Source of the DNA: Acidobacteriota bacterium
GTDB lineage: Bacteria > Acidobacteriota > UBA6911 > RPQK01 > JAJDTT01
Assembly: GCA_965219005.1 (NCBI GenBank)
Contig: CBDCMS010000004.1
Location: 1,146,449 to 1,210,448, forward strand
Direction of reading: 5' to 3'
Length of the DNA: 64,000 nucleotides
This document shows positions 60,636 to 64,000 of this stretch, in pieces. The notes beneath the pieces were generated by a model. The model saw only the letters and a program-made list of their open reading frames with translations, made no database searches and had not been told where the DNA came from. Both the position numbers and the translations under genes were made by a program. Each line of letters begins with the position of its first letter. Position 1 is the first letter of the stretch.

Positions 60636-61635
60636 CTGGTTATGCACTTAACTCCGGAAAAAGTCACCACCACCTAGTAAAAAAGGTGAGAGACAGGAGG
60701 TGAGTGGATGTACGAAAAGATGAATTTGTTGGAGTTTCAAGAGCGTTTTGCCACAGAAGAAGCTTGTCTGAGTTACCTGATGCAGAAACGCTGGCCGGAA
60801 GGATTTGTCTGTCCCCGTTGTGGGGGTCAAGGAGGCTACTGGTTGCAGCACCGGCGATTGATGGAGTGTCGCCAATGCCGGTATCAGGCTTCTTCCACCG
60901 CCGGGACGATTTTCCACAAGACGCGGGTGCCCCTGAGATATTGGTTTTGGACCATCTTCTTGATGAGCCGTTGCAAAGCGGGCTACTCGATGAAGGGACT
61001 GCAGAAGCTGCTGGGAATCGGAAGCTATCGGACGGTCTGGATGATGGGACATAAGATCCGACAAGCCATGGCCAAACGTAATGACTGCTACCAATTAAGT
61101 CACCTGGTGGAGCTGGATGACTCTTTCTTTGGAGGCCGACGACGAGGGAGAAATCGTCGGGGTCGCAAGCGAGGACGAGGGACCGAAGGCAAGGCCAAAG
61201 TTCTGGCCGCGGTGGAGATAACGAAAGCCGGGGGGCCGAGGTTTCTAAGTCTGGATGTGGTCGATAACATAACCAGCGACAATGTGAAGCGGGTCGCCTG
61301 GGCGAGGATCGACCCCGGAGCTCAGATCCGAAGCGACGCCTATCACGCGTTTGTCGGTTTAGCTCAAGCCGGCTACCAGCATGAACGCGTCCGGCTCGAG
61401 TGGGTGGGGATGGGTTTTGAACAGTTCCCATGGGTTCACACCCTCATTTCCAACTGCAAGACTCAGCTCCAAGGGACTCAGAAAGCGGTCAGCCTCAAGC
61501 ACCTTCAACGTTACCTGGCTGAGTTTTGTTACCGTTTCAATCGTCGTTTCTGGGAATCCGAGCTCTTCGACCGTCTCCTGACAGCCTGTTCGCTCTATCC
61601 CACCGTCACCTATCCGGAGTTAAGTGCATAACCAG
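60636..61635 (+). mobile_element. IS1595-family insertion sequence (1000 bp) with 22-bp terminal inverted repeats CTGGTTATGCACTTAACTCCGG and a 9-bp target-site duplication TTCTCGAAT
   Basis: IR-L 60636-60657 and IR-R 61614-61635. Direct repeats TTCTCGAAT at 60627-60635 and 61637-61645. The transposase stop lies inside IR-R. Confidence 0.85.
60708..61631 (+). CDS. IS1595-family (ISXO2-like) DDE transposase
   Basis: N-terminal zinc-ribbon (CPRCGGQGGYWLQHRRLMECRQCRYQ) plus a DDE_Tnp_IS1595-type C-terminal domain. 307 aa. Confidence 0.9.
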   Translation: MYEKMNLLEFQERFATEEACLSYLMQKRWPEGFVCPRCGGQGGYWLQHRRLMECRQCRYQASSTAGTIFHKTRVPLRYWFWTIFLMSRCKAGYSMKGLQKLLGIGSYRTVWMMGHKIRQAMAKRNDCYQLSHLVELDDSFFGGRRRGRNRRGRKRGRGTEGKAKVLAAVEITKAGGPRFLSLDVVDNITSDNVKRVAWARIDPGAQIRSDAYHAFVGLAQAGYQHERVRLEWVGMGFEQFPWVHTLISNCKTQLQGTQKAVSLKHLQRYLAEFCYRFNRRFWESELFDRLLTACSLYPTVTYPELSA

Positions 61636-61691
61636 ATTCTCGAATGGGGCCAGCATCACTGGGGTCGACACTCCGAGCCAGGAGAACCTCT

Positions 61692-62789
61692 TCATGGCCT
61701 GACGGCAACTCGAAGCGAGTGGGTGCTGATAGCGTAGTGGAAAGCCTCGTCGGCGTCGTTGAGAGCGAAACTATCCGACACCAGTTCCGAGAAAGGATAC
61801 TCGTTCTGGCACCGGGACAGGAACTCGACGGCATCGGCAAGATCCCGGGGAGCGTAGTTGTGGATGCCCTGGATGGTCAACAGGCGTCTCACAATCGTCT
61901 CGGCCGCAGCCGAAAAAGGGGGACCCGGAAAGACTGCTCCGACCAGCGCATAGCGTCCACCAGTCCGCAAGAGCGGTAGGCCCGTTTCCACAGCACTTGC
62001 GGCGCCGCACAGCTCGATGGCCAGATCGACGCCGCGTCCTGAGGTCAACTGCTCAACTGTCTCGCGAAGCTCGGATACGTTATCGGCTACCTTGACGCAT
62101 CGGGTTGCCCCGAAGCGCTGGGCCAACGCCAGGCGGCGTGGCTCAAGGTCGCAAGCGATTACTTCGCGCGCTCCTTGGCTACGGGCCATGGCACAGGCGG
62201 TCAATCCCAGCATACCGGCACCCTGGATCAGGACAACTGAGTCCTGGCAGCTGCCGGCAACACCTAGCGCCGCGGCTACGGTTGCGGTGGCGCAGTTCAC
62301 CGGACACGCCACCTCATCGGACAATCCATCCGGTAGTGGGATCAGCGTGGATCCGGCTGCCAGATGACAGTACTCAGCCAAGCCTCCGCTGAGCGAGTGC
62401 TCGGCGATAAGTTGCTGATGTCCATATTTGAACAGTCTTTCGCACTTCTGGGGAAGGTCACGTTCACAGAAGAAACAGCTGCCGCAGCTCGAGGCAATTG
62501 ACCAGGTGACCCTGTCGCCTATTCGTGCAGTCTGGCCTGTGTAATCTTGAATCGGTTCGCCGGGACCCAGGGCCTCGATCCGGCCGAGTATTTCGTGCCC
62601 CAGGATGGTGGGTGTCGGCGTCGGGCGATGTCCCTGATAAGTGTGCAGATCGCTTCCGCAGAGGGTGCAGCAGCTTACTCGGATGAGTGCTTCTCCTTCG
62701 CGAAGCTCTGGGAGGGGCAGGGATTGGATCTCTAGTGGCTGATCGGGACCAGTGAACAATGCTGCCCTGCAGGTAGCTGACATCGGCAA
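61692..62789 (-). CDS. Zinc-dependent alcohol dehydrogenase (MDR family, threonine/sorbitol-dehydrogenase-like)
   Basis: CGSDLH..GHE catalytic Zn motif, a structural Zn site CGSCFFCERDLPQKC, and a Rossmann fold GAGMLG. Confidence 0.85.
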   Translation of the reverse strand: MPMSATCRAALFTGPDQPLEIQSLPLPELREGEALIRVSCCTLCGSDLHTYQGHRPTPTPTILGHEILGRIEALGPGEPIQDYTGQTARIGDRVTWSIASSCGSCFFCERDLPQKCERLFKYGHQQLIAEHSLSGGLAEYCHLAAGSTLIPLPDGLSDEVACPVNCATATVAAALGVAGSCQDSVVLIQGAGMLGLTACAMARSQGAREVIACDLEPRRLALAQRFGATRCVKVADNVSELRETVEQLTSGRGVDLAIELCGAASAVETGLPLLRTGGRYALVGAVFPGPPFSAAAETIVRRLLTIQGIHNYAPRDLADAVEFLSRCQNEYPFSELVSDSFALNDADEAFHYAISTHSLRVAVRP

Positions 62790-62804
62790 TGTAGTATCGC
62801 TCTG

Positions 62805-64000
62805 TTATCTCCGCACAAACAATGCAGTCAAGGCACCGATGAGGCATGCAGCCGCCACGATAGGAAACACCAGGGCCGTGTTGTCATTGTTGATCTCGAT
62901 GACCCTTCCAATCAAGGGTTCTCCCAGGCCGGCTACCACATAGGCACATGTGTTCATGACGCCGATACCAGTTCCGGCGCGTTGGGTGCCGAGCAGGTCA
63001 GGAGCGAGTGCCCAGAAAGTCGATTGTGGACCGTAGGCAAAGAATCCGCAGAGGAAGAGAATCGGGATTCCAGCCCAGTGTCCTTGTGGCACATAGAACA
63101 TGGCCATGGCGGCGATTGCGGCGATTGCCATAAAGGTGGTGATGACGCCCGATCGCCTGGATCCAAAAAGACGATCCGAAATCCAACCACTGCTCAGAGC
63201 CCCCAGCGCCATTCCCATCGGCAGGGCGATTGTGATCCATCTGCCTCCCAGGCTGTCCTTGTAATGTTGGCCCAGAAAATAGACCGGGACCCAGACCAGG
63301 AGACCGTAACGAGCCATATTCTGAAAGCCGATGGCCAGGCTTGCGATCATGAAACGCCAGTTGCTCAAGACGTGGCGGTATCGCTCTGCCGATGTCTCTT
63401 CAGCCTCTACCCCTGGCTTTTCGGTCTCGGCCTCACCATTTTGCTCAATCGGTGGGAAGCCCAGATCCTGGGGACGATTGCGCGCCACCAGGAAATACAC
63501 TCCGCCGCCCAGCAGCAGAAGCAGCACTGGTAACCGAAAGATCCATCGCCAATCCAGCTGGAACACGTCTAACACCAGTAGTGAGGTGGCGAAGGAAAGG
63601 ACGGATGACATGCCTGCCGCAAAGACATAGAGTCCGAATGCTTTACCTCGCTCGTGGCGCGGCCACCAATTCGAGATGACACGGCTTCCCGGAGCCCAGC
63701 CCATCGACTGAAAGTACCCATTGACGGCCCAGGGGGTGATCAGACTTCCGAATCCGGTGGCGAAACTGACCGTCCAGTTGGTAGCACAGGAGAGCAGGGC
63801 CCCGAGGCTCATCATCCGGCGCCCGCCGAAACGATCGCCTAGATTACCGTTGATTGCCTGGCCGACGGCGTAGCTCCAGAGCAGCGCCGCGCTCACCCAA
63901 CCCAAGACCTCCTTCGAGAGGCCCAGCTCCTTTTCGATACCGGGGATGGCAAAGCCGAACGTCTGTCGACCCGTGTAATAGAACAGGTAGCAGAACATGG
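62805..64000 (-). CDS. MFS transporter, organophosphate:Pi antiporter family (GlpT/UhpC-like). Partial, since the N-terminus lies beyond the window end
   Basis: NGYFQSMGWAPGSRVISNWWPRHERG matches the GlpT signature GWFQGMGWPPCGR..WW..ERG. Also has a GFPPIE loop and 12-TM character. Confidence 0.8.
   Translation of the reverse strand, partial: MFCYLFYYTGRQTFGFAIPGIEKELGLSKEVLGWVSAALLWSYAVGQAINGNLGDRFGGRRMMSLGALLSCATNWTVSFATGFGSLITPWAVNGYFQSMGWAPGSRVISNWWPRHERGKAFGLYVFAAGMSSVLSFATSLLVLDVFQLDWRWIFRLPVLLLLLGGGVYFLVARNRPQDLGFPPIEQNGEAETEKPGVEAEETSAERYRHVLSNWRFMIASLAIGFQNMARYGLLVWVPVYFLGQHYKDSLGGRWITIALPMGMALGALSSGWISDRLFGSRRSGVITTFMAIAAIAAMAMFYVPQGHWAGIPILFLCGFFAYGPQSTFWALAPDLLGTQRAGTGIGVMNTCAYVVAGLGEPLIGRVIEINNDNTALVFPIVAAACLIGALTALFVRR

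Overview
This 64-kb window looks like a high-GC (~60%) soil-type Gram-negative chromosome, plausibly Acidobacteria-like. The TonB-dependent receptor with a carboxypeptidase-regulatory-like N-terminus and the IPTL/PEP-CTERM-style sorting tail point that way, but I cannot confirm the assignment. The dominant feature is a single ~22-kb reading frame (26075..47968, about 7,350 codons) encoding a giant secreted repeat protein that looks like an adhesin. It carries about 47 tandem 342-bp (114-aa) Ig/cadherin-like repeats, many more than 95% identical at the nucleotide level, and is interrupted by one in-frame TAG at 35636-35638. A PilZ (c-di-GMP effector) gene sits directly upstream, and a divergently transcribed S8 subtilase carries a C-terminal (ILWSDS)n hexapeptide tandem repeat. 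The 32-kb block from the glycosyltransferase to the giant gene is bracketed by two copies of a ~280-bp element with perfect 35-bp terminal inverted repeats. The interior of that element is flipped between the two copies while the outer flanks are directly repeated, which is the signature of an inverton or MITE. The window also holds the following: (1) several other small intergenic repeat families; (2) a clean IS1595-family insertion with 9-bp target duplications; (3) a cassette of PaaK-like ligase, hotdog thioesterase, flavin-halogenase-like enzyme with a WxWxIP motif and HemN-like radical SAM; (4) a DUF3311/SSS symporter operon containing a frameshifted secreted protein; and (5) assorted metabolic and transport genes. 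I detected no rRNA, tRNA or CRISPR array.
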